Below are positions 47,521 to 59,639 of a stretch of 64,000 bases of DNA, piece after piece. Source of the DNA: Mobula birostris (Eukaryota); contig NC_092379.1 of assembly GCF_030028105.1 (NCBI RefSeq), positions 19,073,309 to 19,137,308 on the forward strand. Direction: 5' to 3'. Numbering within the stretch: position 1 is the stretch's first letter; every line of letters begins with the position of its first letter. The notes beneath the pieces were generated by a model. That model was not told where the DNA came from. It did no database searches and worked only from the letters and a program-made list of their open reading frames with translations. Position numbers and translations under genes: made by a program.

Positions 47521-50500
47521 GGAAGTTGGAACACCACGTATAAAACATAGCCTCTTGCATTGACTAGACCGGGCAATCATCCTCCCTTCCAGTTCATAGA
47601 AGGGTTATGCTGGGATAGCCAAGGGTTCCTGAGGATCAGGGGTGTGAGAGGCGAATCGATGACATAGAAACTAATGTCCTCCACATGATTCTCAATCCTC
47701 ATCCGTAAAACCAATGTCTGCTGCTGGATCTGCCCAGAACCTAGTGGGCATCCATCCAGGACAGGTGTGTGCATCGACTAGCTCAGCTCCTGTAGTGGTA
47801 GTTGAGTTGACAGGCAGTCTCCAAGTCCAGGAAATTACCATTTGCCCCAGAGTCCACAAAGGCATTCACCTCTCTTCGGTTTCTACCCCAGGAGATCACT
47901 GCTTTCAGAGTGACACCAGAATCCCTGGGGTTGAGAGTCACGGGTCTGCTACCATCACAATTCTCCTGACACTGTTCAGTCTCAGCAGTTCCCTCGACAG
48001 CTGCAGCTTTGGACATTCGGTCAGCTGGTGCCCTGCTTCCCCACGGTAAAAGTAGCCACCTGAGCGACTTGGCTTCCATCTTGTGAAAGTTGCCACATGG
48101 TGACTTGGATCTCCAGGCTCTGTCTAGAAATCTTCTCACTCTGGCTACCCTCAGCAGATGAGAGAATCTGATACTCCTCTGGATCCATGTTAGACTCAAT
48201 CGTACTGTGATGAGAGACCAAGAGCTGACGATTGAGAACCCCTGGAAGCTAACGCAGTTGTGTGTGTCTTGTAACACACAAAGTATATGGAATAAGATAA
48301 ATGATCTTGTCCTGCAGTTCGTGACTGACAGGCATGACCTTGTGGGCATTGCTGAATCAAGGCAGCAAGAAGATCATTGTTGGGAGTTTAACACACAAGG
48401 ATACACATTGTATCGAAAGGTCTGGCAGGTAGGCAGATGGGGTGGAGTAGCTCCATTTGTATAAAATGAAATCAAATTCTGAGAAATGGGTGACGGATCA
48501 GAAGATGTAGAGTCCCTGTGGGTAGATTTAAGAAACTGAAAGGGTAGAAACACCCTGCTGCAAGTTCTATACAGGCCTCTGAACAGTAGCCAGGATGTAG
48601 GCTACAAATTAAATGGGAGACAGAAGACAGATGCCAGAAGGGCAATATTAGGATAGTCAAGGGGATTTCAATATACAAGTTCATCAGGAAAATCAGGTTG
48701 GTGCTGGATCCCGACTGAAAGTTTGTAGAATCTTTACAAGATGGCTTTTTATAGCAGCTTGTGGTTGGCCCATGTGGGGAAAGACTATTCTGGATTGGCT
48801 GTTGTATAAAGAACTAGGTCTGATTCAGGAGCTAAACATAAAGGAACCTTTTGGAGACAGTGATCATAATATGATAGACTTCATCCTGCAATTTAAGAGG
48901 GAGAAGCCAAGATCAGATGTATTGTAGTGGAGTAAAGGGAATTGCAGAGGCATGAGAGAGGAACTGGCCGAAGTTGATTGGAAGGGTACACCATCAGGGA
49001 TGATGGCAGAGCAGCAATGGCTAGGGTTTCTGGGAGGAATTCAGAAGGCACAGGATAGATATATCTGGGGAAAAAAAAAGTATTCTAAAGGCAGGATGAC
49101 ACAACCATGGGTCATAAGAGACGTCAAAGCTAACATAGAAGCAATAGATAGGGCATATAATAGATCTAAAATTAATGGGAAGTTAAAGGATTGGGAAGTG
49201 TTTAAACACCAACAGAAGAGATGAAATATTAAGGTAAGTTAGCTAATCGTATCAAACTTGATAGAAAAAAGTTTTTTTTAAATGTAAAGAATAAAAGAGA
49301 GGTGAGAGTAGTTTCTGGACCACTGGAAAATGACACTGGAGAGGTAGTAACAGGGAACAAGGAAATGGCAGATGAACTGAGTCAGTATGTTTCCTCAGTC
49401 TTCACTGTGAAAGGCGCTAGCAGTATGCTGGAAGTTCGAGAATGTCAGGGGGCAGAAATGAGAGCAATTGCTTTTTCTAGGGAGAAGGTGATTGGGAAGC
49501 TGAAAGGTCTGAAGTTTGACAAGTCACCTGGACAAGATGGACTTCTCCTGAGAGTCCTGAAAGAGGTAGCTGAAGTGATTGTGAAGGCACTATTAAGGAT
49601 CTTTCAAGAGCCACTACATTGTGGCATGTTCCAGAGGACTGGGAAATTATAAATGTCATTCCACTCAGTAAACAGCTTGCTGTCGTGATGAAGAGATTTT
49701 GGTGGTGTCAAGGTATTCATTCGTCTCACAACCAGGGAAGAAGCTGTTACCCAGTCTGGCAGTCCTAGTCCTGATACTTCTGTACCTCCTTCCGGATGGT
49801 AGTGGGTCAAAGAAATTGTGACTGCGTGGAAGGGTTCCTCAACAATGCTTTGGGCCCTATATCTACAACACTCCCAGTAAATGTCACAAATCTGGGGGGA
49901 AGGAGACACTGATGAGCCTCTCGGAGTTTTCACTTGGAGGCACATGATAAAACAGGCTGAAGACAACATGGTTTCCTAAAGGGGAGATCTTGGCTGACAA
50001 ATCTGTTGGAAATCTTTAAGGAAATAACAGGCAGGATAGACAAAGGAGAGTCAGTGGATGCTGTTTAACTGCATTTTCAGAAGGCCTTTGGCAAGTTGCT
50101 GCACATGAGGCTGCTTTACAAGAACACATGCTGTCACAGAAAAGATACCAGAATGGATAGAAGATGGTGCTGACTGGCAGGAGGTAAAGAGTGGGAATAA
50201 AGGGAGCCTTTTCCGGTTGGCTGCCAGTGACTCATGGTTTTCTGCAGGGGTTGTGTTGGGATAGTTTCTGTACCCATTGTATGCCAATGATTTGGATAAC
50301 AGATTTGATCGCTTTCTGGTCAGGTTTATGGATGATATGAAGATAGGAGGAGGGGCAGATAGTGTTGAGGAAGCAGGGTGTCTGCAAAGGACTTTGAGAG
50401 ATATGGAGAATTAGCAAAGAAATGGCATATAGAATATAATGGAGAGAAGTGTATGGGCATGTCACTTTGGTAGAAGAGAGAAAAAACATAGACTATTTCC

Positions 50501-51619
50501 TCAACAGGAAGAAAATTCAAAAAACAGAGGTGCAAGAGGACTTGGGAGTCCACATACACGATTCTCTGAAGGTCAACTTCCAGGTGGGTAAAGAAGGCAA
50601 ATGTAATATTAGCATTCATTTTGAGAGAGGAAGAATACAAAAGCAAGGATTTAATACCGAGCTTTATAAGGCTTTGGAGTATTATGATTAACGACCCGGA
50701 TCTGGGCCGTACCCTCCAAATATCTGGACCTGCCTCTCGGTTTTTTGCACTACCTTACTTTCCCTTTAACATTTTCTATTTATGATTTATAATTTAAATT
50801 TTTAATATTTACTATCGATTTGTAATCCAGGGAGCGGGAAGTTCAGAATCAAGTATCGCTGTGATGATTGTACATTCTAGTATGAATTGTTTGGCGACAA
50901 TAAAGTATAAAATAAAGTATTTTGGGCCCCTTATATGAGAATACGTGTGCTGACATTGGAGAGGCCGGATGAGGTTCAGGAGAATGATTCCGGGAATGAA
51001 AGGGTTAATGTATGAAGAGCGTTTGATGTGACTCTGAGCCTGTATTCACTACTGTTTAGAAGAATGGGGGGGGTGGTGGTGGTGGGATCTCATTGAAGCC
51101 TATCACGACAGGGTATTCAGAATGGGCTTCTAACAGAAGTGGTGGTTTGGCGTAATCTGAACTGTGACTGGTTTGAGTTGGCAGGTTGTCATGGTGGAAT
51201 GGAAGGGGAGGGTGTAAGAGACTACAAGGAATGGAAGAAAGTGCAGACAAGTAGTAAAAGTGGAAATAAATGAGAAAATGATCATGATGATAGAGAACAA
51301 TGATCGACTTGAAGGAAGATGATAGACTGGGAGATGAAAGTACGGTTTAAGTTTAAACCATGGAGTTTAGTAAATGCATTGTGTCCAATAGCACTGACAA
51401 GCAATCTAAACAACGTCATAGGAGACACAAGTATGACAAAGATTCTCTGTGATGGAGCACTGTTGGTGGTTTGTCTAAAAAATTGGAGCAAAGGGACAAA
51501 GCAATGAATGTACCAAATATTGGCAAACGAGGTAAAAATGGTGTTGAGGTGATAACGGGAATATCGTTTGGAGAGAACTTGGAGGAACTAAAGAAAAATA
51601 TTAAAGGAGGATTGAATTG

Positions 51620-52735
51620 ACTTTATTACTTATATGCTACATATACTCGAGGAGTAAAAATCTTTACATTACGTCTCTTTATAAGTGTGCAATGTGCAAT
51701 TTATAATAAATAGTGTGGACAACAATATAATATAGAAATACAGTTGTGTCAGCCTGAATTATTCAGTCTGATGGTCTGGTGCAAGAAACCGTCCCGGATC
51801 CTGTTGGTCCTGGCCTTTATGCTGCAGTACTGCTTCCTGGATGGTAGTAGCTGGAACAGTTTGTGGTTGGGGTGGCTTGGGCCCCCAATGATGCTTCGGG
51901 CCCTTTCACACACCCGTCTTTGTAAATGTCCTGAATAGTGGGAAGTTCAAATCTACAGATGCGCTGGGCTGTCCACACCATTCTCTGCAAAGTCCTACAA
52001 TTAAGGGAAGTACAGTTCCCACAACAGGCAGTGACGCAGCCAGTCAGGATGCTCTCATTTGCTCCCCTGTGGAAAGTTTTTAGGATTTGGGGCCCATACC
52101 AAACTAATTCAACTGTCTGAGGTAAAGAGGCACAGTTGTATCTTTTTCACCGCACAGTTGTTATGTACTGACCATGTGGGATCCTTGCTGATGTTTATGT
52201 CGAGGAGCTTAAAGCTGTGCACCCTCTTAACCCCAGATTCATTGATTTCAATAGGGGTTAGCCTGTCTCCATTGCTCCTGTAGTCCACAACTAGCTCCTT
52301 TGTTTTGCGACATTGAGGGAGAGGTTGTTTTCTGGACACCACTGTGTCAGGGTGATGACTTCTTCTGTGTAGGCTGCCTCATTATTATTTGAGATTGGGC
52401 CAATCGATGTAGTGTCATCAGCAAATTTAATTAGCATATTGGAGCTGTAAGTGACGACACAGTCATGGGTATACAGAGAGTAAAGGAGGGGGCTTAGAAC
52501 ACAGCCCTGAGGGGCACCTCTGTTGAGGGACAGAGGGGTAGAGTTGAGAGAGCCCACTCTTACAACTATCAGCGATCTGACAGGAAGTCCAGGATCTAGC
52601 TACACAAGGCAGGGTGAAGGCTGAGGTCTCTGAGCTTCTTGTCAAGCCTGGAGGGAGCTATGGTGTTGAATGGTGAATGGTAGTCCAAGAACAGCATTCT
52701 TATATAAGCACCCTTCTTCTCCAGATGTGTAAGGA
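51620..52735 (-). mobile_element. Rex1/Babar LINE 3' fragment inside Nimb ORF1
   Basis: GAPQGCVLSPLLYSLYTHDC...IKFADDTT. Confidence 0.9.
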
Positions 52736-53488
52736 TGGTGTGACTGAACTGAAAGGATTAAAAGCAGTGAGGAATAGAGTAAAGGTCAATAGCACATCTG
52801 TTATGTTAATATTTCAGGTTTCAATCTCACCAGAAAAAGTAAGAATTGGATTCATGTGTTTTAGTGTCAGAGCCTATGTTCCACCACCACTTCGGTGTTA
52901 TAAATGTCAGAAATATGGGCTCATAGCAGCGGCGTGTGAAGGAAGGCAGAGATGTGGTAGATGTGGACAGAAACATCTGTGTGAGCAGTGCAGACAAGAT
53001 GAACCGGTAAAATGTTGGAATTGTGGTGGGACCCAGACAGCAGTCTATGGGGAATGTGAATTTAGAAAAGCAGCATGGAAGTCATTAAAAGAGGGAACGG
53101 CATAATGTGTCGTATGTGGAAGCAGTTAGGATAGTAAACAATGAGAGAAGAGTTAAAGAAGGAAATGATTCAAATGCAAATGAAAGACAAGGTCAGTCAA
53201 ATAATTCAACATTAGTGATTTGTACAGATAAATTAGTTTCATTCATGGCAAATGTTATTAATTGTTCTGAGCAGCAAAAACTAAATTGGAAAAGACAAAA
53301 ATGATAAGTGAAGGCAGCAGTGAGGTTTTTGAATATGAGAGAGCTATCATGGGAGCAAGTGCAGGGAGAACTAAGTCCCAATGATCCACGTCTTCAGGTT
53401 CATTTACAAGGTAACTAATACCCATCCTGTTAACTCTTCAATGGAATGCTGGAAGTTTAATAGCTCATGGACAGGAATTTAAGAGTCA

Positions 53489-54197
53489 AGGCCAATTTAT
53501 ATTTCTGTGTCAAATCGACACTGTAGGTACGGCATAGCCGTGTACCCTACGCCGTAGCCTGACGCGCACCTTCCCAAAAATGTAACTACGCGTCACGGCA
53601 ACGCAGACTGCAACAACTGTGATTTCCTCCTACGCTGCAATAGCTTCCCATTGGGCGACTGAAGGGCAGCGAAGGAACTCTGACTGCAATGCTTTCCATA
53701 AAGCTTTACAGACCTCCGAAATTATGGAGGACCCTGTGCTTGATGCCAGTTTGTAGGTAGCTGCTACAGCCTGTTGACTTCCACCTGAAGCTAAAACTCG
53801 AATGGTGATTGCCAGTCTCTGAGTATACTGTGCGTACACTGATGCAAAATAAATGGTTGGAGACGATGAACCAAATTGTCAAATCTACCTGCCGACATCT
53901 GAAAATATTTGAAATGCATTTCCTCGTCCATGTCTCTCAGTGGCCGGACAAGCACAGAAAATTCACCCTCCTTCAGTTTCAGTTGCTATTGTTTGAAGTT
54001 TGAGTTTCTTCGTGTTGAGTTTCAACACGAAGAAACTCAACACAGTGGCATAGAAACCCCACTGCCAACTAGTGTTTTGGCGGTGAATTGCAGAGCGACA
54101 CAGACACACCACGCACGGAAGTATAAATGCTCACAACGGCGTAGGCCATTTGCGTAGGCTACGGCGTAGGCTACTACACAGAAGTATAAATTAACCT
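53489..54197 (-). mobile_element. Non-autonomous PIF/Harbinger derivative (709 bp)
   Basis: ~22-bp TIRs AGGCCAATTTATATTTCTGTGT versus revcomp AGGTTAATTTATACTTCTGTGT; TCA/TTA flanks (TWA-type TSD, 1 mismatch); transposase fragment [14 protein letters not shown]...[10 protein letters not shown]. Confidence 0.8.
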
Positions 54198-54269
54198 TTA
54201 CCTGAGGAATTTTGCTGAGAAACTTGATGTGATAAGTGTGCAGGAAACATGGCTGAACCCAACCCTTGT

Positions 54270-54650
54270 GATCATCATTATGTGTCATGTTGTATGTTGT
54301 GGGTGATCGTGGTATCATGACAGTGATTGTCCGTGGCAAATTCTTCTACAGAAGTGGTTTGCCATTGCCGCCTTCTAGGCGGTGTTTTTAAAAGACGGGT
54401 GACTCCAGCCATTATTAATACTCAGAGATTGTTGGTCTGGCGTGAGTGGATGCATAACCAGGACTTGTGACATGCACCAGCTGCTCATGCGACCATCCAC
54501 CACCTGCTCCCATGGCTACATGTGACCCTGATCATCAGCTACCCAGATGCTACACCTTGCCCAAGGGTGACCTGCAGGCTAGCAGAGGGAAGGAGTGTCT
54601 TACACCTCACTTGGTAGAGACATATCTCCTCTCCACCGCTCAACACTAGA
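54270..54650 (-). mobile_element. SINE-like element with RTE-type (ATG)n tail
   Basis: Interrupts the Nimb endonuclease; tail atcatcattatg on the + strand. Confidence 0.5.
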
Positions 54651-55164
54651 TTTTGTAATTAATGGTTCTGATAATGAAAGAAAGGATGGAGTTAACGGAT
54701 GGTGAGGGGGTTGGGCGTACAACTTTTGTTAGAAGAGCTTTACAATATAGAGAACTAAAGAAAGGAGAAGAACCAGAGTACATAGTAACTGAAGTATGGA
54801 CAAAGGAAGGTACAATTAAAATTAATTATACTTATCTATATTCCTGTAAAAAAAAAATTAGAAATAGGATTACTGGAGCGAATTAGTACCCAGGGAAATA
54901 CAGTATGGTGTGGGGATTTTAATGCACACAGCATATTGTTGGGGGGAGCATGATGAAATTAATGGAGCAGTGGGAGAAGAACGTATGAGAAAGAAAAATT
55001 TGGAATGTATAAGTGATGGAAGTGGGACAAGAGTAAATTTTAATGCAGATTCTGAATCAGCAATTGATTTAACATTAGTTCCAGCACCTTTAGCAGGAAG
55101 GTGTTGATGGGAGGTTTTGAAAGAAACAACAATAGGCAGTGATCATGACCCTGTATTATGTCGA

Positions 55165-55890
55165 ATAGGAATAGAAACAGTTTGACGGATTCACATTACA
55201 TCACCAAGATAGGACTGCTGAGACTTTCCAAGGCAGAGGAGGTGGAATATACTTTATGCTCAAATCCTTGTGGTGTACAAACATTGCGGTGCTGTTTCAG
55301 TCCCACTCACCAGACCTGGAACATCTCATGTGTCGTCCATTTTATCTGCCGCAGGAGGTTTCACCGGTCATCTTGGTAGCAGTGTACATTCCACCTCAGG
55401 CCGGTGTAAAACAGACACTGGATGAATTGAGCGATGTAATCAACAGGCATGAAACAGTACATCCTGATGCCTTCCCCAACACGTTGGTGGATTTTAACCA
55501 GGCCAGCTTCAAAAAGTCTCTAAATAATGTTTTTCAACAAATCATTTGTAGTACCAGAGGAACCAACACACTGGACAACTGTCACACCACCATCGAGTGC
55601 TTACCGTCCACACTTTGGAAAGTCTGATCACCTGGATGTACTTCTACTCCCTGAGTATAGGCCTGTGTACCTCTGCCATCCGATTTCTGAATGAAAAGTG
55701 AACCCTTGAACACTACCTCACTACTGATTTATTTCTACATTTGCACTACTTATCTAATTTGGTTATTTAATGAATAAAGATATACATCTCCTGTAATTCA
55801 GTTTTTTCTCTATTATTATGTATTGCATTGTACTGCTGCCACAGAGACAACAGAGTTCATGACATATGCCAGTGATATTAAGTCTGATTC
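55165..55890 (+). mobile_element. Rex1/Babar endonuclease fragment joined to a LINE 3' tail
   Basis: CRPFYLPQE.SPVILVAVYIPP...DFNQA. Confidence 0.75.
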
Positions 55891-58800
55891 TGAGAGATCA
55901 GGAGAATATGCCGGAATGCCGGCTGTTTGAAAGGCTGATTGGGAAAAGTTTAAATAAATAAGTGATCAGCAATGACAGATATTGAAATCAGTCAGGATGT
56001 GGATCTTTTATGTGACAAGATTGTAGAAGGGATAATGACAACAACAATAAGTATCCTAAGGAAATGGAATAGAGCTAAAAAGAAATGGTGCCATGGTGGA
56101 GAAAAGGCTGTGGGGAAGCAATAAGACATCGTAATAGAGCATTCAGAATGGAAAAGAAGACACGCAATTTTCCAGAATTATTTCAGTACTAAAGATGTAA
56201 GGAATAGTTTTTAAAAAAATTTGGAAGTAGAAGCAGGAATATTGGAGTAAGTTTTACGACTGCAGAGGAATACAAACACCCATTGAAAGAGTTTGGAAGA
56301 TGATAAAAAGAATGAATGTTGTTAACAGGAAAATTGGATACCCAGTGTTATGTGATGGGGAAGGTTTGATCACCAAATTATACAAATTGGAAATTAGAGT
56401 ACAAATACTAAATTGGATAAAAGATTTTAATTTGGTCAATGTATCATGGTGTGAGGAGGGAAATCAATGTCAAGAAAACCAAACGTGGAAAATAGAACCC
56501 CTCCGGGAAGTGTGGGTAGTCCATTATCATTTACTATAATGAAAAATTATATATTTTGTAATATAAGTAGTAGTATTGGAATATCATTGTGTGTGGATGA
56601 TGGAGCTATGTGGAAAAAGGGTGGGAATCTGGAACTAATAACAAGGAAACTTCAAGAGGCAAAAGTTTAGGTGAAAGACTGGGCATGAAAATGAGAATTC
56701 AGATTTTCAGTAGAGAAATCCAAATTAATGCTTTTTACTAGGAAGAGGATAGAACAACACTGAAAACTGAAACTTTTTGTCATAGAATTAGACAATGTGG
56801 AAACCTTTTAAATTTTTAGGCATTTAGTTTGATAATAGACTCACATGGTCAGCACATATTAAAGAAATAATCAAAAGTAAGGAAGTGCTGAATGTTATGA
56901 GGTGTGTAATAGGAAAGGAATGGGGAGCTGACAGGAAATCCTTGAAAGCAATATTTATAGGATTAATAAGATCAATACTGGACTATGGAAGTATGGTGTA
57001 TGGATCAGCATCACACTGTGTGCTCAATAAACTGGATATAATTCAAAGTCAAGCATTAAGGTTAATCAGTAGGGCAATGAGGACAACACCAGTGGTGGCA
57101 ATGCAGGTGGAGTTAGGAGAGACACCTCTGGAACTGAGAAGAACACAGCTTGTGTTAACATATTGGGTAAACCTACAAGGGTTTGGAGGAAAACATCCTT
57201 GAGATCCATGCTGGGAAAAGGAAAGGAGGAAATTCAGAAGTTTTGTGTGGAAATTTGAAGGAAAACTAGAAAGGACAGGAATTAGTAATAAGACAGCGAG
57301 TGATACAGTGCCTTTTCCTGGGCTGTCTCCATGACTGTGTGGAGCACCAGAGGTGGATCCTAAATTATTTAAAAAGAGACAGAAAAATAAAGAAGTGATT
57401 TTAAATGAAGATATTACTCAATATTATGTAAATAATCATTATTATGGTATTTACAAATGTACACAGATGCTTTAAAAACTGTAATAGTAGATTAGATGTA
57501 GGCTTGGTAGTGCCTGATTTTAACATGAAAAAGCAGGTGAGGATAAATGATGATTTCTCAGTGTATACAGGTGAAATGACAGCTGGACTATTCCCTTTGC
57601 TGTGGGTGGAGGAAGTGAGACTGATGAGAGTTGTAATATTGTTTAATCAGAAGTCTAAAAGACTTACATTGAGTGACGAGACCAGACATTGTATGTGGGA
57701 TAATACAAACCTTAATTTGACTTAAAAATAATATCCAGAAAGAACTGGAATGGTGGAGGTATGCAGGAAAGAGCAGGAGGGAGGAGGTGATAATATCGAG
57801 ATTCAGGTTTGGGCACACGGGGTTAAAGTACATTGCTTTTAACGAAGGAACACAATAATGGGAGGTGTGAATATTCTAACCAAGAGATGTAATCAAGAGA
57901 GGGGTTGATCTTAAAGTTATCACAGAATAAAATACATTTGAACATTAACAGCATTTTGCAGAAAAGATCACAGGACTATTGCTTTAAATATATAGTGCAG
58001 TTTCTTTAAGAGCACAGTTCTTTTTAAAATAGAATTTGATACAAGTATAAATATGGGGTCAAATACTGTATAAATATGTGGGTCTAGATATGTTGAACCA
58101 CACTCCAATTCAGAAGGTTGCGGTAATGCACCTTAAACCTTGGAAACCTATGGACTATTGAAAGGCCCATAAGGAGTTGATGTGGAGAGGATGTTTGCGG
58201 AGTGCAGGAATGTAAACGTATACAGGCCATTCCCACCATAGACTGTTAGCCGAAGGAAGATAGTGAAAGGAAACACCAGAGTAAGAGTCAGTCAAACACA
58301 GTGAACCAGATCTCCCACCTACCTGCTTCAATTCCTGCTGCTATTGGTTAAAAGGCCTGGCAGTTCTCCTCCCTGCGTCTTTTATCTGGTTAGAGAAATA
58401 CACAGACCACCTGCCTCTATGGGTTGGAGATTGGCATGTTCGCACCCTCCATTTTTATCTCCATTGGTTTTCACACAGAGCCATCGTCAGTCTTGCCCTA
58501 CCACTGGTCACGTTTTTTAAGTCATGGGGGGGGCAGTTGAATAGCAAGAAAAATTTTCAGAAAGGTCCATTAAAGTGGATGTTTCAGCAAAGCTGTAAAA
58601 TTCTGAAGAGGTGAGGGAAGGGATAGAGCAAGTGCTGTCAGGCGATAGGTGCCTTCAGGTGTGTGGGTTGACAGGCAGATGGGGAACAGAATAGTGGGAA
58701 CAGCGATGGAAAGTTGGAGGTTAGGGTGGAAGTGACAAAAGGCTGAAGATAATGGAATCTGATGGGAGAGGAAGGTGGAGCATGAACTAAGGGGAGGGAG

Positions 58801-59639
58801 GTGTGGAGGGCAGAGGGGAGTAGTGGGGACGGGAACCAATGGGAGGAGTGTGTGGGTTGTGTCACGGACTGGTATGGAAACACCCTTGAATAGAAAAGCC
58901 TACAAAAATGCATGGATACAGACCAGTCCATCACAGGTAAAGCCCTTGTTGTTACTGTGAACGAAGTCACCAGAGAGACAGTGAAGCTGGTGGAGATAGA
59001 AGTCTTTATTCAGCAAAACAAGCAGCAGGCATCATACTCAGACAATGTTGGAAGAAGAAGCCTGCCTGACCCTGTATTACATGACATTTTTATATGCTAA
59101 AGATCAAACGTAACAGCAGGACAATTCTGTAGTTAAAATGCATCCAGAGAAGAGAATGAGAATGATGGTCTTCGTTCTGAAGAAGTGGCCCACAGAGTGA
59201 ATACGCCTGTGCGTGTATTTGTTTCACGTGTTCTTGATGTTGCACTCCAAGAAGCACACAATACTTCACAAATCAACCAACTGATTCCAGTGGCATGGAA
59301 ACCACAACGACCGGAGCTAATGGATTTGTTGCCGCCTTCATCTGCCTACACAGCCGTTGAGTTTGAAGTAACTTTGTCCGTCTGTTCCACCGTTGAGGTC
59401 TTGGTTGGATTATTCTTTGTCAGGGACTTCACCCTTGAACTTACCGCCATGGGTGACCTTACCAGGAGCATAGCACCAGACGGCATTGCTGTCAGGATCA
59501 CAGGATCACACAAGCTTCTCCACCAGGACAAGGTGACAATCCACGGAGAAGGCATCCAGAATGCTCCCTTTGAATTACATACAATTTTCAAACACCTCCG
59601 TCTTCACATCCACACTCCAGACACCCAAAATGAATGTTA

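Larger units (their letters stand above)
42700..48230 (-). mobile_element. Ty3/Gypsy chromovirus (sushi/Tf2-like), degenerate
   Basis: Protease AFVDSGANGNFLD; RT and RNase H (FLGLANFY.RFIRNFS, EVDA); integrase ([17 protein letters not shown]); chromodomain [19 protein letters not shown]; PPT followed by LTR. Confidence 0.9.
41520..51060 (+). mobile_element. Degenerate near full-length CR1, split by the Gypsy insertion (42700-48230)
   Basis: ORF1 41790-42500; APE resumes at about 48270 (NTQSIWNKINDL); RT remnants to about 51050. Confidence 0.8.
51260..58140 (+). mobile_element. I/Nimb-clade LINE, near full length, degenerate, hosting several nested insertions
   Basis: ORF1 with three CCHC-type knuckles (PLRCYKCQKYG..CGRCG..H..C..CWNCGG); APE QWNA.SL / VQETWL; RT-end GKEWGADRKSL..LIRS.LDYG; 3' end gcggtaatgcacc near 58120. 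Confidence 0.8.

Noticed and set aside
14754-58310. Several CACAGTG heptamers (e.g. near 14754, 14866, 24311, 33878, 39327, 58299)
   Set aside because: None of those I checked is followed by a nonamer at 12/23 bp; no V, D or J segments found
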